A DNA stretch of 64,000 nucleotides from Felis catus. Its lineage: Eukaryota. The stretch lies in assembly GCF_018350175.1 (NCBI RefSeq), contig NC_058368.1:179368001-179432000 (forward strand), read 5' to 3'. Positions 1-12,667 of the stretch are shown piece after piece. Under the pieces are notes generated by a model, which did no database searches, was not told the DNA's origin, and saw only the letters and a program-made list of their open reading frames with translations. The translations under genes and the position numbers were made by a program. How positions within the stretch are numbered: the stretch's first letter is position 1; the number at the start of each line of letters is the position of its first letter.

Positions 1-488
1 ATAAAACAACTAGCAAGATGATAGACTAACCAATCAATAATCACATTAAATGTAAATTTTTTAAACACCCTAATTAAAAGTCTGGGACTTTCAGATTCAG
101 TAAAAAACAACTTGGTGTTGTCTACAATAAACATAGATTAGTGGATTAGTGGTAAAAAGATGGGAAAGATATCCTGTGCCAACACTATTCAAAAGGAAGC
201 CTAAGTTGCCATATTAATCTCAGACAAAGTGTCATTCAGAGCAAATAATTTTACCAAAGATTAAAAGGTCATTTCACAATGATAAAGCGTTCAATTTGTT
301 GAGAGGATATAACATCCTAAATGTATATGCTCCTAATAACAGAGCTTTAAAATACATGAGGCAAACCCAAAAGAACTATAAAGAGAAATAGAAAATCATC
401 CCATTATACTCAGAGAAATAACTCCTCAGTATTGTAGAACAAGCAAACAGAAAGTCAGCAAGTATGTAGTAGACTTGAATAATCCTAG
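1..488 (+). mobile_element. Old L1 (L1M-class), ORF2 endonuclease region, left part
   Basis: Degenerate ORF2 N-terminal sequence (acattaaatgtaaat...tcagacaaagt...tatatgctcctaataacagagc); resumes collinearly at 4840 after the younger L1 insertion. Confidence 0.85.
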
Positions 489-503
489 CAACCAACTTGT
501 TCT

Positions 504-507
504 TTGC

Positions 508-547
<40 letters not shown>

Positions 548-3500
548 AAATATAAAATTTATTGTCAAATTGGTTTCCAAACAACACCCAGTGCTCATCC
601 CAACAGGTACCCTCCTCAGTGCCCATCACCCACTTTCCCCTCCCTCCCACCCCCCCCATCAACTCTCAGTTTATTCTCAGTCTTTAAGGGTCTCTTATGG
701 TTTGCCTCCCTCCCTCTCTAACTTTTTTTCCCCCTTCCCCATGGTCTTCTGTTAAGTTTCTCAGGATCCACATAAGAGTGAAAACATATGGTATCTGTCT
801 TTCTCTCTATGACTTATTTCGCTTAGCATAACACTCTCCACTTCCATTCACGTTGCTACAAAAGGCCATATTTCATTCTTTCTCATTGCCAAGTAGTATT
901 CCATTGTATATATAAACCACAACTTCTTTATCCATTCATCGGTTGAGGGACATTTAGGCTCTTTTCATAATTTGGCTATTGTTGAAAGTGCTGCTATAAA
1001 CATTGGGGTACAAGTGCCCCTAGGCATCAGCACTCCTGTATCCCTTGGGTAAATTCCTAGCAGTGCTATTGCTGAGTCATAGGGTAGGTCTATTTTTAAT
1101 TTTTTAAGGAACCTCCACACTGTTTTCCAGAGCGGCTGCACCAGTTTGCATTCCCACCAACAGTGCAAGAGGGTTCCCGTTTCTCCACATCCTCTCCCAG
1201 CATCTGGAGAGGATATCTCCAGCATAAAATGATTTGTTCATTTTAGCCACTCTGACTGGCGTGTGGTGATATCTGAGTGTGGTTTTGATTTGTAGTTCCC
1301 TGATGAGGAGTGACGTTGAGCATCTTTTCTTGTGCCTGTTGGCCATCTGGATGTCTTCTTTAGAGAAGTGTCTATTCATGTCTTCTGCCCATTTCTTCAC
1401 TGGATTATTTGTTTTTCGGGTGTGGAGTTTGGTGAACTCTTTATAGATTTTGGATACTAGCCTTTTGTACGATATGTCATTTGTAAATATCTTTTCCCAT
1501 TCCGTTGGTTGCCTTTTAGTTTTGTTGATTGTCTCCTTTGTAGTGCAGAAGCTTTTTATCTTCTTAAGGTCCTAATAGTTCATTTTTGCTTTTAATTCCC
1601 TTGCCTTTGTAGATGTGTCAGGTAAAAAAATTGCTGTGGCTGAGGTCAGAGAGGTTTTTTCCTGCTTTCTCCTGTAGGGTTTTGATGGTTTCCTGTCTCA
1701 CATTCAGGTCCTTTATCCATTTTGAGTTTATTTTTGTGAATGGTGTGAGAAAGTGGTCTAGTTTCAATCTTCTGCATGTTGCTGTCCAGTTCTCCCAGCA
1801 CCATTTGTTAAAGAGACTGTCTTTTTTCCATTGGATATTCTTTCCTGCTTTGTCAAATATTATTTGGCCATACTCTTGTGGGTCCAGTTCTGGGGTCTCT
1901 GTTCTATTCCATTGGTCTATGTGTCTGTTTTGTGCAAATACCATGCTGTCTTGATGATTACAGGTTTGTAGTAGAGGCTAAAGTCTGGGATTGTGATGCC
2001 TCCTGCTTTGGACTTGTTCAATATTACTTTGGCTATTTGGGGTCTTTTGTGGTTCCACACAAATTTTAAGATTGCTTGTTCTAGCTTCGAGAAGAATGCT
2101 GGTGCAATTTTGATTGGGATTGCATTGAATGTGTAGATAGCTTTGGGTAGTATTGACATTTTAACAATATTTATTCTTCCAATCCATGAGCATGGAATGT
2201 TTTTCCATTTCTTTATATCTTCTTCAGTTTCCTTCATAAGCTTTCTATAGTTTTCAGCATACAGATCTTTTACATCTTTGGTTAGGTTTATTCCTAGATA
2301 TTTTATGGTTCTGGGTGCAATTGTAAATGGAATTGATTTCTTTATTTCTATTTCTGTTGCTTCATTATTGGTGTATAAAAGTGCAACTGATTTATGTACA
2401 TTAATTTTGTATCCTGTGACTTTGCTGAATTCATGTATCAGTTCTAGCAGACTTTTTGTGGCGTCTGTCGGGTTTTCCATGTATAGTATCATGTCATCTG
2501 CAAAAAGTGAAAGATTGACTTCATCTTTGCCAGTTTTGATGCCTTTGATTTCCTTTTGTCGTCTGATTGCTGATGCTAGAACTTCTAACACTATGCTAAA
2601 CAACAGCAGTGAGAGTAGGCATCCCTGTTGTGTTCCTGACCTCAGGGGGAAGTTCTCAGTTTTTCCCCATTAAGGATGATATTAGCTGTGGGATTTTCAT
2701 AAGTGGCTTTTATGATGTTTAAGTATGTTCCTTCTATCCCAACTTTCTCCAGGGTTTTTATTAAGAAAGGATGCTGAATTTTGTCAAATGCTTTTTCTGC
2801 GATTGACAGGATCATATGGTTCTTATCTTTTCTTTTATTAATATCATGTATCACACTGATTGATTTGCGAATATTGAGCCAGTCCTGCAGCCCAGGAATG
2901 AATCCCACTTGATCATGGTGAATAATTCTTTTTATATGCTGTTGAATTCAATTTGCTAGTATCTTGTTTAGAATTTTTGCATCCCTATTCATCAGAGATA
3001 TTGGCCTGTAGTTCTCTGTTTTTACTGGGTCTCTGTCTGGTTTGGGAATCAAAGTAATGCTGGCTTCATAGAATGAGTCTGGAAGTTTTCCTTCCCTTTC
3101 TATTTTTTGGAACAGCTTGAGAAGGATAGGTATTATTTCTGCTTTAAATGTCTGGTAGAATTCCCCAGGGAAGCCATCTGGTCCTGGACTCTTATTTGTT
3201 GGGATATTTTTTATAACTGATTCAATTCAATTTCTACACTGATTATGGTCTTTCAAATTTTCTGTTTCTTCCTGTTTGAGTTTTGGAAGTGTGTGGGTGC
3301 TTAGGAATTTGTCCATTTCTTCCAGGTTGTCCAGTTTGTTGGCATAATTTTTCATAGTATTCCTGATAATTGCTTGTATTTCTGAGGGATTGCTTGTAAT
3401 AATTCCATTTTCATTCATGATTTTATCTATTTGGGTCATCTCCCTTTTCTTTTTGAGAAGTCTGGCTAGAGGTTTATCAATTTTGTTTATTTTTTCAAAA

Positions 3501-4824
3501 AACCAACTCTTGGTTTCATTGATCTCCTCTACAGTTTTTTTTTTGTTTGTTTTTTTGGTTCTGTATTGTTTATTTCTGCTCTGCTCTTTATTATTTCTCT
3601 TCTTCTGCTGGGTTTCAGGTGTCTTTGCTGTTCTGCTTCTATTTCCTTTAGGTGTGCTGTTAGATTTTGTATTGGGGATTTTTCTTCTTTCTTGAGATAG
3701 GCCTGGATTGCAATGTATTTTCCTCTCAGGACTGCCTTCACTGCATCCCAAAGCATTTAAATTATTGTATTTTCATTTTCATTTGTTTCTATATATTTTT
3801 TAATTTCTTCTCTAATTGCCTGGTTGACCCATTCATTCTTTAGTCAGGTGTTCTTTAACCTGCATGCTTTTGGAGGTTTTCCAGACTTTTTCCTGTGGTT
3901 AATTTCAAGTTTCATAGCATTGTGGTCTGAAAGTGTGTACGGTATGATCTCAGTTCTTTTACACTTATTAAGGGCTGTTTCGTGACCCAGTATGTGATCT
4001 ATATTGGAGAATGTTCCATGTGCACTCGAGAAGAAAGTATATTCTGTTGCTTTGGGTTGTAGAGTTCTAAATATATCTGTCAAGTCCGCCTGATCCAATG
4101 TATCATTCATGGCCTTTGTTTCTTTATTGATTCTGTGTCTAGATGATCTATCCATTGTTGTAAGTGTGGTATTAAAGTCTCCTGAAATTACCATATTCTT
4201 ATCAATAAGGTTGCTTATGTTTGTGATTGTTTTATATATTTGGGAGCTCCCATATTTGGCACATAGACATTTATAATTGTTAGCTCTTCCTGATGGATAG
4301 ACCCTGTAATTTTTATATAATACCCTTCTTCATCTCTTGTTACAGGCTTTAATTTAAAGTCTAGTTTGTCTGATATAACTATGGCTACTCCAGCCTTCTT
4401 TTGACTTCTAGTTGCATGGTAGATAGTACTCCATCCCTCACTTTCAATCTGAAGGTGTCCTCAGGTCTAAAATGAGTCTCTTGTAGACAGCAAATATATG
4501 GGTCTCATTTGTTTATCCATTCTGATACCCTATGTCTTTTGGTTGGAGCATTTAGTCCATTTACATTCAATGTTTTTGTTGAAATATATGGGTTTAGAGT
4601 CATTGTGATGTCTGTAGGTTTCATGCTTATAGTGATGTCTCTGGTACTTTGTGGTCCTTACAACATTTCACTCACAGAGTCCCCCTGAGGATCTCTTGTA
4701 GGGCTGGTTTAGTGGTGATTAATTCCTTCAGTTTTTTGTTTTTTGGGGGGAAAACCTTTATCTCTCCTTCTATCCTGAATGACAGACTTGCTGGCTAAAG
4801 GATTCTTGGCTGCATATTTTTTCT
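504..4824 (-). mobile_element. Felid-type L1, 5'-truncated within ORF1; includes ORF1 C-terminus, spacer, ORF2, 3' UTR and tail
   Basis: Perfect 15-bp TSD caaccaacttgttct at 489-503 and 4825-4839. ORF1 ends ELITTKPALQEILRGTL* (stop 4672-4674). G-rich 3' UTR about 547-760; tail is (AAC)n on the element strand. Confidence 0.97.
761..4603 (-). pseudogene. Disrupted L1 ORF2 (endonuclease / reverse transcriptase / Cys-rich domain)
   Basis: Starts MTLNPYISTKTLNVNGLN; ORF-track pieces show GDFNT and SDHN (endonuclease), LFADDMILY (RT) and [14 protein letters not shown] (C-terminal); ends FSLLCGS*. Broken by several stops and frameshifts. Confidence 0.95.
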
Positions 4825-4839
4825 CAACCAACTTGTTCT

Positions 4840-6881
4840 AACTGACATTTAGAAACACTTGATTCAACAACAGCAAAATGCACATTCCTTTAAAATGCAC
4901 ACAGAATATGTATCAAGATAGACCATATTCTAGGCCATGAAACAAGTTGAAATAAATTGTAAAGGACTCAAGTCATAACAGTATATTCTCTGATCACAGT
5001 GAAATTGAATTAGAAATCAGCCACAGAGAGAAATAGAAAACCCTCAAATAACTAGAAACTAACTCTTCTAAATAACCTATGAGACAAATAAATAAAAAAG
5101 AAATTAGAAAGTTATTTTGAACTGAATGAAAATGAAAACATAGCATATCAGCATTTGTGGGATGTTACTAAGGTAGTAATGAGAAAACGTACAGCAACAA
5201 ATGACTGTATTAGAAAATGAAAAAAAAAAGGTGTTAATCAATGCATTCAGCTTCTTCTGTAACAAACAAAAAGGAAGAACAAATTAAAGCCAAACTAAGG
5301 ATAGAAAGGCACTAATAAAGATTAAAGCAGAAATCAATGAAATGTAAAACAAAAAATAATGGAGAAAATCAATCAAATAAAAGTTGATTCTTTGATATCA
5401 TTGAATTCGATAAGGTGTAGCCAAACTGCTGAGTTAAGAAGAGCACAAAAATTACCAGTATCAGGAACCATTGAGGTAACATCACTACAGAATCTATAGA
5501 TATTAAAAGAATAATAGAGGGATATCATGAACAACTTTATGCCTAGTAACTGAACAACTTAGATAAATTGGAAAAATGTCCTTGAAAGACATAAACTACC
5601 AAAGCTCATTCAAGAAGAAGTAGATGACCTGAATTGCCTATTTAAGAAAGTGAATTTGTAATTAAAAATTTTCCCATAAAGAAGCTATTCAGACATGATT
5701 GCCTTCACTGGTGAATTCTACCTAACAATTCAGGAAGAAATAACACCAATTCTACAAAAACTCTTCTAAGAAAGAAAAGAGAGGGAAATACTTTCCTACT
5801 CGTTATTTGGTACCAATATTATCCTGATTCCAAAGTACGACAAAGACATTATAAAAAAAGAAAACTACAACTTGATAAATATTTCATCAACATAAAAACT
5901 TCTGCTTTTTGAAAGACACTGCTAAGAGAATGAAAAGACAATGCACAACTAGTAGAAAATATTTGCAAAACATATCTTGATAAACTACTTGCATTCAGAA
6001 TATATAAACAACCTTATAACTCCATAGTAATAAAATATCAATGCAATTTAAAAATACGTGTACATTTGAAATGGCATTTTATCAAAGAAGATATCCAAAT
6101 GACGAGCACACACACAAAAATAATATTAGTCGCTGAAGAGATACAAATTAAACACAAAATTATATACCACTAAATACTTATTAGAATTTCTGAAATTAAC
6201 GACTAACCCTTATCAAGTGTTGGTGAAGGTGTGGAGGAACAGGAACTGTCATATACTCCTGTTGGAAATGTGGAATGATACAATCACTTAAAAAAAGTTT
6301 GGCATGTTCTTAAAAAATTAAACATGCACATAGCATATTATCCAACCATTCTGTTCCTAGGTTTTTACTCAAGATAACAGAAAACATATGTCCATATCAA
6401 GTCCTGTACATGAATATTCACAGTAGCTTTGTTTGTAAGAGCTCAAAACTGGAAATAACCCAAAAGTCTATCAACAGGTGAATGGATAAACAAATTGTGG
6501 TATATATTTACAAAGGAATACTACTTAGCAATAAAGGGGAATAAACTATTGATGCTGGAAACAATCTAGATATACTTCAGAATAATTATGCTGAGCAAAA
6601 GAAGCCAGACCAAAACCAAAATACCTTGTATATTTCCTTTTACAAAAAACTCCCAGTGCTTGCTGGGAATGAGGGGTCAGAGCCTGAGAAGGCAGGATTA
6701 CTGTGGGGCATAAGGAAATATGTGGGGGTGATAGATACACTTATGCTCTTTTGATTGTGATGAGAGTATCATGGGTAAAGCTTACATACATCAAAACTTA
6801 TCAAACTATAAATGTGTAGTTTATTAATTATGTATAGTTTATTGTACATCAATTAAATCTTAATAATTCAGTTTTTAAAAA
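4840..6881 (+). mobile_element. Old L1 (L1M-class), right part, with most of the RT region deleted near 5870 and a 3' UTR
   Basis: Endonuclease end (gaccatattctaggccat, tctgatcacagtgaaatt), linker to aaagaaaactacaa, then a jump to C-terminal ORF2 sequence (ttcatcaacataaaaacttctgc) and an L1M-type 3' end. Confidence 0.85.
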
Positions 6882-7107
6882 TCCTATAATCATTTTTCCA
6901 TATTGCCATATATGGAATTGATTTTCTTGGTGGAATGTTAAACAAAAAACTTTTCAGGGGCCTTACACTGTTTCAATGCCATCATAAACCCAAACAACCT
7001 AAGTCATCTTTACCATGATAACTGAAATGCCTTTAAGAAGTAGCAAAGCCAATATACCAACTTAGATAAGATTTAAAATATCCAGCTTAATTTGTAATCT
7101 TCTACAG

Positions 7108-7120
7108 ATCTTCCACATGG
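7108..7120 (+). CDS. Candidate 13-nt microexon of an unidentified gene (speculative)
   Basis: Branch-like cttaat, acceptor ttgtaatcttctacag, weak donor TGG|gtgtgc; joins in frame to 11725 (IFHM-D). Confidence 0.15.
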
Positions 7121-7189
7121 GTGTGCTTCCTTTATATGTGTGATATAAATAACTTGAGATGATTTAAAATAGTAGGCAGGAGATGGCCA

Positions 7190-7326
7190 CTATGAAGAGA
7201 TTCCTATCTTTGCCATTAACTAGCTCTGTATCTTCAGGCAAATCACTTGCCCTCTCTGTTCCTTTATGCAGTTTTAAGGTAAAGTTGGACTAGATGGTCT
7301 CTAACTTCTTTCAGGCTCCAAGATTA
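7190..7326 (+). mobile_element. MIR-family SINE fragment
   Basis: Core gccattaactagctctgtatcttcaggcaaatcacttgccctctctg and 3' gttggactagatggtctctaa. Confidence 0.7.
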
Positions 7327-8381
7327 GTTTATTTTTAACCTACCGTACCATCACACAGTGGTTTTTAACACTTTTTCCAAAATATGGAGGACTAATTTCC
7401 CAGTTACCCTTTGATAACATGATTCCACATTCAGGTAGATTTATTGCTATTATAGCCACCTCCTAGAGTATTGCAGTGCATTGCAGTGTACTTTGGCACG
7501 TTAAGTGCCCTGGTATAAGTTTGTTTTTACTCTGTCTTTCCAAATTTTGAGCACAGCATCATATGTTTCACTAAACACCTAATAAGTACCTCATGATTTG
7601 GGGGATGATGATGTTACAGATTGTTTTCTAGAGAGCAGGGATTAACTGGGGGAGGATGCCCTTGGATGGCTGGTGTGCCAACACTTTGGAACCAGGAAAT
7701 GGGGAAGTTGAAAGGGATGTGCATGAAAGTGACCAAGATGTGGAAAGATACATCTGGAAGATGATGAAAATGAGTAGACATTTTGGAGTGCGTTCTGGGG
7801 AAAGGAGGGGCAAGTGACTTCCTTTGGGATATGTATTCCAAGACCCTCTAAGTTGCCTTCATTCTCTCCCCGCCCTCCCCAGCTCCATGCAGAGTCACTG
7901 CAAAGTACTTTTCTGTGTATCCATCAGTCTGCATATTTTGCTTGGCTTTGATTCTCTCTAATTAAATTTTTAGCAGATGGAAGTCTATTGACTTGGGTCA
8001 ATATTTCCCATTGTGTGTGGAAGAGGGAGGTTTGGTGGAGGTGGGATTCGGTAGGACCAAAGTTCCTCGGAGGCTGAAGCTCCCCATCCAGGGCCCAGTA
8101 CTTCTGATATTTGAGGGTATTCAGATCACACATCAGAGTAAAAGTAATCATTTTCACCAATGAAACTAGCTTTGTTGCTTTTATTCCATACATAGACATA
8201 AATACTCAAAAAGATAAAACTCTATGTAGAATTTTGAGGGAAAAGGTAAAGAACTGAATTTTACTGCTTGTGATAACCACTATCATTCGATGACCATCTT
8301 CCATTTGTCATAATATACACACAAACACGTGTGTGTGTTTGTGTGTATGCATCCACATTTTGCATGAATGGGATCATAATT

Positions 8382-8707
8382 TGTGGTAAGCAAGTTCTCG
8401 CAGATGTTCATGTCCTGATCCCCAGGACCTATGACTATGTTACATTAAGTGGCCAAGGCAATGAAGGTAGGTAGCAGGTGGAATTAAGGTTGCTAATCAG
8501 CTGACCTTAAAGTAGAGAAATTATGCTGGATTATTCTGATGGCCCAATAATGTCATAAGGATTTTCAACATGAAAGTCAGAGACAGAAAAGTTACTGTCA
8601 AAGTGATATGATGTAAGAAACATTAGACCAGTCATTGCTGCCTTTGAAGATAGAAAAAGGAGCTTCCAGCCAAGGAATGTGGGTGGCTTCTCGAAACTGT
8701 AAAAGCA
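8382..8707 (+). mobile_element. MaLR LTR fragment (MLT1D-like)
   Basis: Characteristic ggaattaaggttgctaatcagctgaccttaa...ttatgctggattat and agccaaggaatgtgggtggcttct. Confidence 0.8.
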
Positions 8708-9039
8708 TTTTAAACTAATACATGATGTAAATACTGTTATTATGAAGAACACTTTCCCCCGGTCTTTCTGTCTCCTTTCTTGGTTTCTGCCTCTCCACCC
8801 CACATAAACAATTTTAATGACCTGTTATGTACCCTTTCATGCATTTTCATGCTTATACGTACATACACAGATACATAACTTAGAAATTATTTTATAAAAA
8901 TAGACAAACACTTCCCATTTGGATCATATTTGAACATTTTAGATTGATTTTACAACTAAATATGGCTGCACTGACACAATTGAGGCAGGAGTCAACCTCC
9001 CTTACGAGGATTTTCTTGGTTTCTGAATGGAGCACAAGG

Positions 9040-9250
9040 ATATGACTGAACCATAGAAGGCAAAAAAAAAAAAGTGATGTAAAGGGTCTGAACTGTTGGG
9101 GACAGTGCTTGAGCTGTTAGATTGAGCATGGCTGTCTATTTGTGAGAGCCACTTCTGGACTTTTTAGCTGCATAGGTCAATAAATTTCCTTTACTTTTTT
9201 TTAGCCATTTTGAACCGTTTTTTTTTTTTCCAAGTAATTTAACAACACAT
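9040..9250 (+). mobile_element. Old MaLR LTR 3' fragment (MLT1J/K-like)
   Basis: acttctggactttttagctgcataggtcaataaatttcctt resembles an MLT1 3' end. Confidence 0.5.
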
Positions 9251-9410
9251 GGTCCTGAGATATAAACTCCAAAAGTCTGTTCATCTTTGGCTACTATACT
9301 ATTACAAGCTTTGGGTGACTAGATGGCTTATCAGCTCCTTTCCCTACCCCACCACATTTCAAACCTTGGCAATTATTTTAGTCAAAAGACCAAAACAGCC
9401 TGGCTTATAC

Positions 9411-9413
<3 letters not shown>

Positions 9414-9453
<40 letters not shown>

Positions 9454-9478
9454 ATATATATATGTATACATACACACA
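9414..9478. repeat. (CA)n followed by (TA)n microsatellite
   Basis: Directly visible. Confidence 0.95.
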
Positions 9479-10804
9479 CCAGGAAGTAGAGAACCAGGAA
9501 ATGCTACAGAAGTTGTTATCTTATTATCTTTCCATTTTCTCTGAGAAGCTCTCTTCGGTGGTCTGGAACTATGCCAGGAAGTGCTTAGCTCGTATCCTTA
9601 AAGTATGCCAACCAAATAAGAAATCTTTGGTTTCTTCAGTTTAGAAAATTCAGAGAAAGATTTCTGATCGGCTGGCTTGGATCATGTGCACAGGTGATCA
9701 GAAGCTATGATTGGTCATCCTGGGCACCAGTCTACCTCAGTGGCCCTGGTTGGGGCCAAGTTCTGTTACCAGTGAACGAGTCATAGCATAGACATTTCCA
9801 CAGTATTATTGCAAATACATTACAGGCAAACTTGACAGTCAATAGAGACTGAATCAAAGAAAGGTAAGTCAGAGAACTCTCAGATTTTGAATGTGTCCCT
9901 CTTGGGTGTATAGGGTTTCTTGGTAAAATATGAGTAAAATTTAGGACAAAGTGGAATAGTTATGATGTATCACTAAGTGAGGAAAAAGAAGACTCAGAGA
10001 AGTGACATGGAATGTATGATCTGTTCCATATGTTTAACTTTTAAGGCAGGTTGTGGCCAGAGGCTAATACTGAAGGCCCCTAATGCCCAATGAGATAGTC
10101 CCTGATAGGCCGGTAATTTTCAGAGGTCATAGGCCCACCTCTAGGCAGAAACACCTTTCAGATGTTCATGTTCCTAGAGTTCTCCCATGAGGAGGATTCT
10201 GGCCATCATCTTTTCTGTCCCTTCCTGCTAGACAAGTCCTAGTCCTCTCCCTGGCATAGGACTAGATGACATTTTGAGTCAAGCTGTCTCTTGGAAACTG
10301 AAACCATTATGAGAGGCTGGGTTGGTATGGTGGGACAACTGGCATTCAGCTGAGTGGGAGGATGAGAAACAAACAGCTTGCCAGATGCTGAAGAAAGTGT
10401 TTGCAAAGTATATGAAAGAGCAATGGAAGAAAAATTGTGGAAATTGTGTGTGTGTGTGTGTGTACAAATGTCGTTCTCCCATCCAAGGCTAGAGAAGAGA
10501 CAAATGGCATGAGAGCCCCAAACTTCCCTGGATTGTGTAGGACCCTTGTGTGACCTAGAAGGTGGAGTGTATGGTTTCTTTCTCCCCGAGGCCTCCATCA
10601 CACCATTTAAAGCCTGTCAGCGCTTGCATTACCTCTGTGTCTATGGAGGACTCATTGCCTTTCACCCATTTGTACACTTTAGGTGGGTAATTTAAGCTGC
10701 TTTGTGGGTTGATCCCAGTGATTTGCCCATCCAAGGTTCTCTTCAGCTACTATCCCTTATGATGATGAAATAGGCACTGTTTATTGATCTCCTATTATGT
10801 GCAT

Positions 10805-11155
10805 GGACTGTGGAGTCAGACACCTTGACTTCAAATACTGACCCTTCTAAGCTGTTAATTTGGATGTATCACTTAAATGCTATCAGCTTCAAATTTCTCA
10901 CCTGGAGAATGTGACTAAAAAATAGTACCCAGTTGCACAGAGATGTTTGGGGCAGTGAGATAATAAAAAAGGTGTAGAACGGTAAATGCTCAACAAATGT
11001 TAGCTATTGATATTAATCTTCATATCCTTCTTAAGAAGGGGGGTATATTATCTGCATTTTAGAAATGAGGAAACTGAATGTCAGAGAATAAATTAATAAC
11101 TGGCTGCAGATCACACAGATTCTGAGAGATGGAACCAGAATTCATACTCTTCCTT
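10805..11155. mobile_element. Two MIR fragments, tail to tail (+ then -)
   Basis: tggagtcagac...gctcaacaaatgttagctatt followed by cattttagaaatgaggaaactga...atcacacag. Confidence 0.75.
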
Positions 11156-11235
11156 CCAAATGGAAAAGCTATACCTTGTGAAAGGGGCACCTCCTTACAA
11201 AGTTCATGAGCATGTAGGAAAGCAAATTCCTTCTT

Positions 11236-11455
11236 TTTTTAAAAAAAATTTTAAACGTTTATTAGTTTTTTGATATAGAGAGACAGAGTGTGAGCAGGGG
11301 AGGGGCAGAGAGAGAGGAAGACGCAGAATCTGAAGCAGGCTCCAGGCTCTGAACTGACAGCATGGAGCCCGACGCGGGGCTAGAACTCACGGACCGTGAG
11401 ATCATGACCTGAGCTGAAGTTGGATGCTCAACCGACTGAGGCACCCAGGTGCCCT
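11236..11455 (-). mobile_element. Can-SINE
   Basis: tRNA-like head, (CT)n region, A-rich tail; perfect 15-bp TSD agcaaattccttctt (11221-11235, 11457-11471). Confidence 0.97.
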
Positions 11456-11724
11456 GAGCAAATTCCTTCTTGTAAGACTGAGCAGTTTATGTAATGTCTC
11501 AGAACCTGTTTCCTCATTTATATGAAGTGAGTAATGGTATGCTTGCGTAATAGTTGTTATGATGGCTAAATGAGATAATGTCATAGAAGTAGTAAATATT
11601 CATTTCTTTTCAGCTTCCTTTCTTTTTATTGTAAGCAGAATGAAATATGATGGAAAAGGTATATTTCCTACCTAAGAAAATATTCTCAAGTGATAAATTC
11701 TTTTTGGTTTATTTCATGTTGTAG

Positions 11725-11797
11725 ATCATCTGCATTCCTGCTCTCCTCATGATGATGGAGAATTAGCTGATAATGACTCAGCATCTTCTTACTCAAG
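11725..11797 (+). CDS. Candidate 73-nt coding exon of an unidentified gene: (D)HLHSCSPHDDGELADNDSASSYS(R)
   Basis: T-rich acceptor tttttggtttatttcatgttgtag; only one of three frames is open; weak donor AAG|gtgtct; unique island between MIRs. Confidence 0.35.
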
Positions 11798-11884
11798 GTG
11801 TCTCTTTTCTTTGGAAAGACATGAGATTTATGTGTGGCAGTAGATGTACAGGGCAGTGACAAGTATTGGACAGGCATTCAGAAC

Positions 11885-12380
11885 ATTGGCTCCCCAGCCT
11901 GGCTCTGCTCTCATGCACCATGTATGTGACCTTGTCAATCACTGAATGTCATTGGGACCCCATTTCTTCATTTTAAAATATAGGCGATGGTATGTTGTCT
12001 GATGTGCTCACATGATTATTGTGAAGGACACATCAAAGAGTGAAAACAAAATAAATTCAATGAGTGACATGCTGTAAAAATGTAGGGATTTTAATTGATG
12101 TCATACCCAACCTGATCACTCTTCTTGGGAACTTCTGACAGTGCCTGCTTGTTAGTAACAAGGCACTGTGGAGGGCTGGACTTGGCATCTACATGCCACA
12201 GTTCAAATTCTACCTTCAGAACCTTAGCAAGTCACATCTCTTCTCTGGACTTACGTCTTCTTTTCTGTGAAACTGGAATTATCACTTCTGCCTTGAAAAC
12301 CAAAATATTTGTCATGGAGATCAGATGAGATCACATATATGAAAGAGTTTTACAATCTGCGTGACATCATGGAAACTGTA
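11885..12380 (+). mobile_element. Two MIR fragments
   Basis: Cores tgtgaccttgtcaatcactgaa...catttcttcattttaaaat and accttagcaagtcacat...ctgtgaaactgg. Confidence 0.7.
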
Positions 12381-12667
12381 TAGAACCCAAATGGAATCAT
12401 TCTAGGAATTTCTATTATGTGAAAAGAAGGCTTCTGGATTTTATTCTCACCCTGAGAACTTTACAGATCCTACCCCATTCCATATTCTCTCAGGCTTTCC
12501 ATCTTTTTCTTCCCCAGCTCAGAGATGGTACATCTTCCCACTAGCTTTGTTTGTCTTGAGTGGTGGCCAAAGGCAAGTTGCTGGTAACATCCAAACTGGC
12601 CTGGTGTCTGGTGTTCTCAGACTATCAGATGCTCAGCCAGGGACAGCTAGGGGTGAACAAAGCAATT

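Noticed and set aside
497..755. ORFs with poly-Val / poly-Leu runs resembling signal peptides
   Set aside because: They are translations of the (TTG)n tail and antisense L1 3' UTR.
761..4824. Active or domesticated reverse transcriptase gene
   Set aside because: ORF2 is split into many frames by stops and frameshifts, and the element lacks its 5' UTR and most of ORF1.
7690..7770. Possible CR1/L3 relic or exon (KLKGMCMKVTKMWK)
   Set aside because: Resemblance is too short and weak to support without an alignment.
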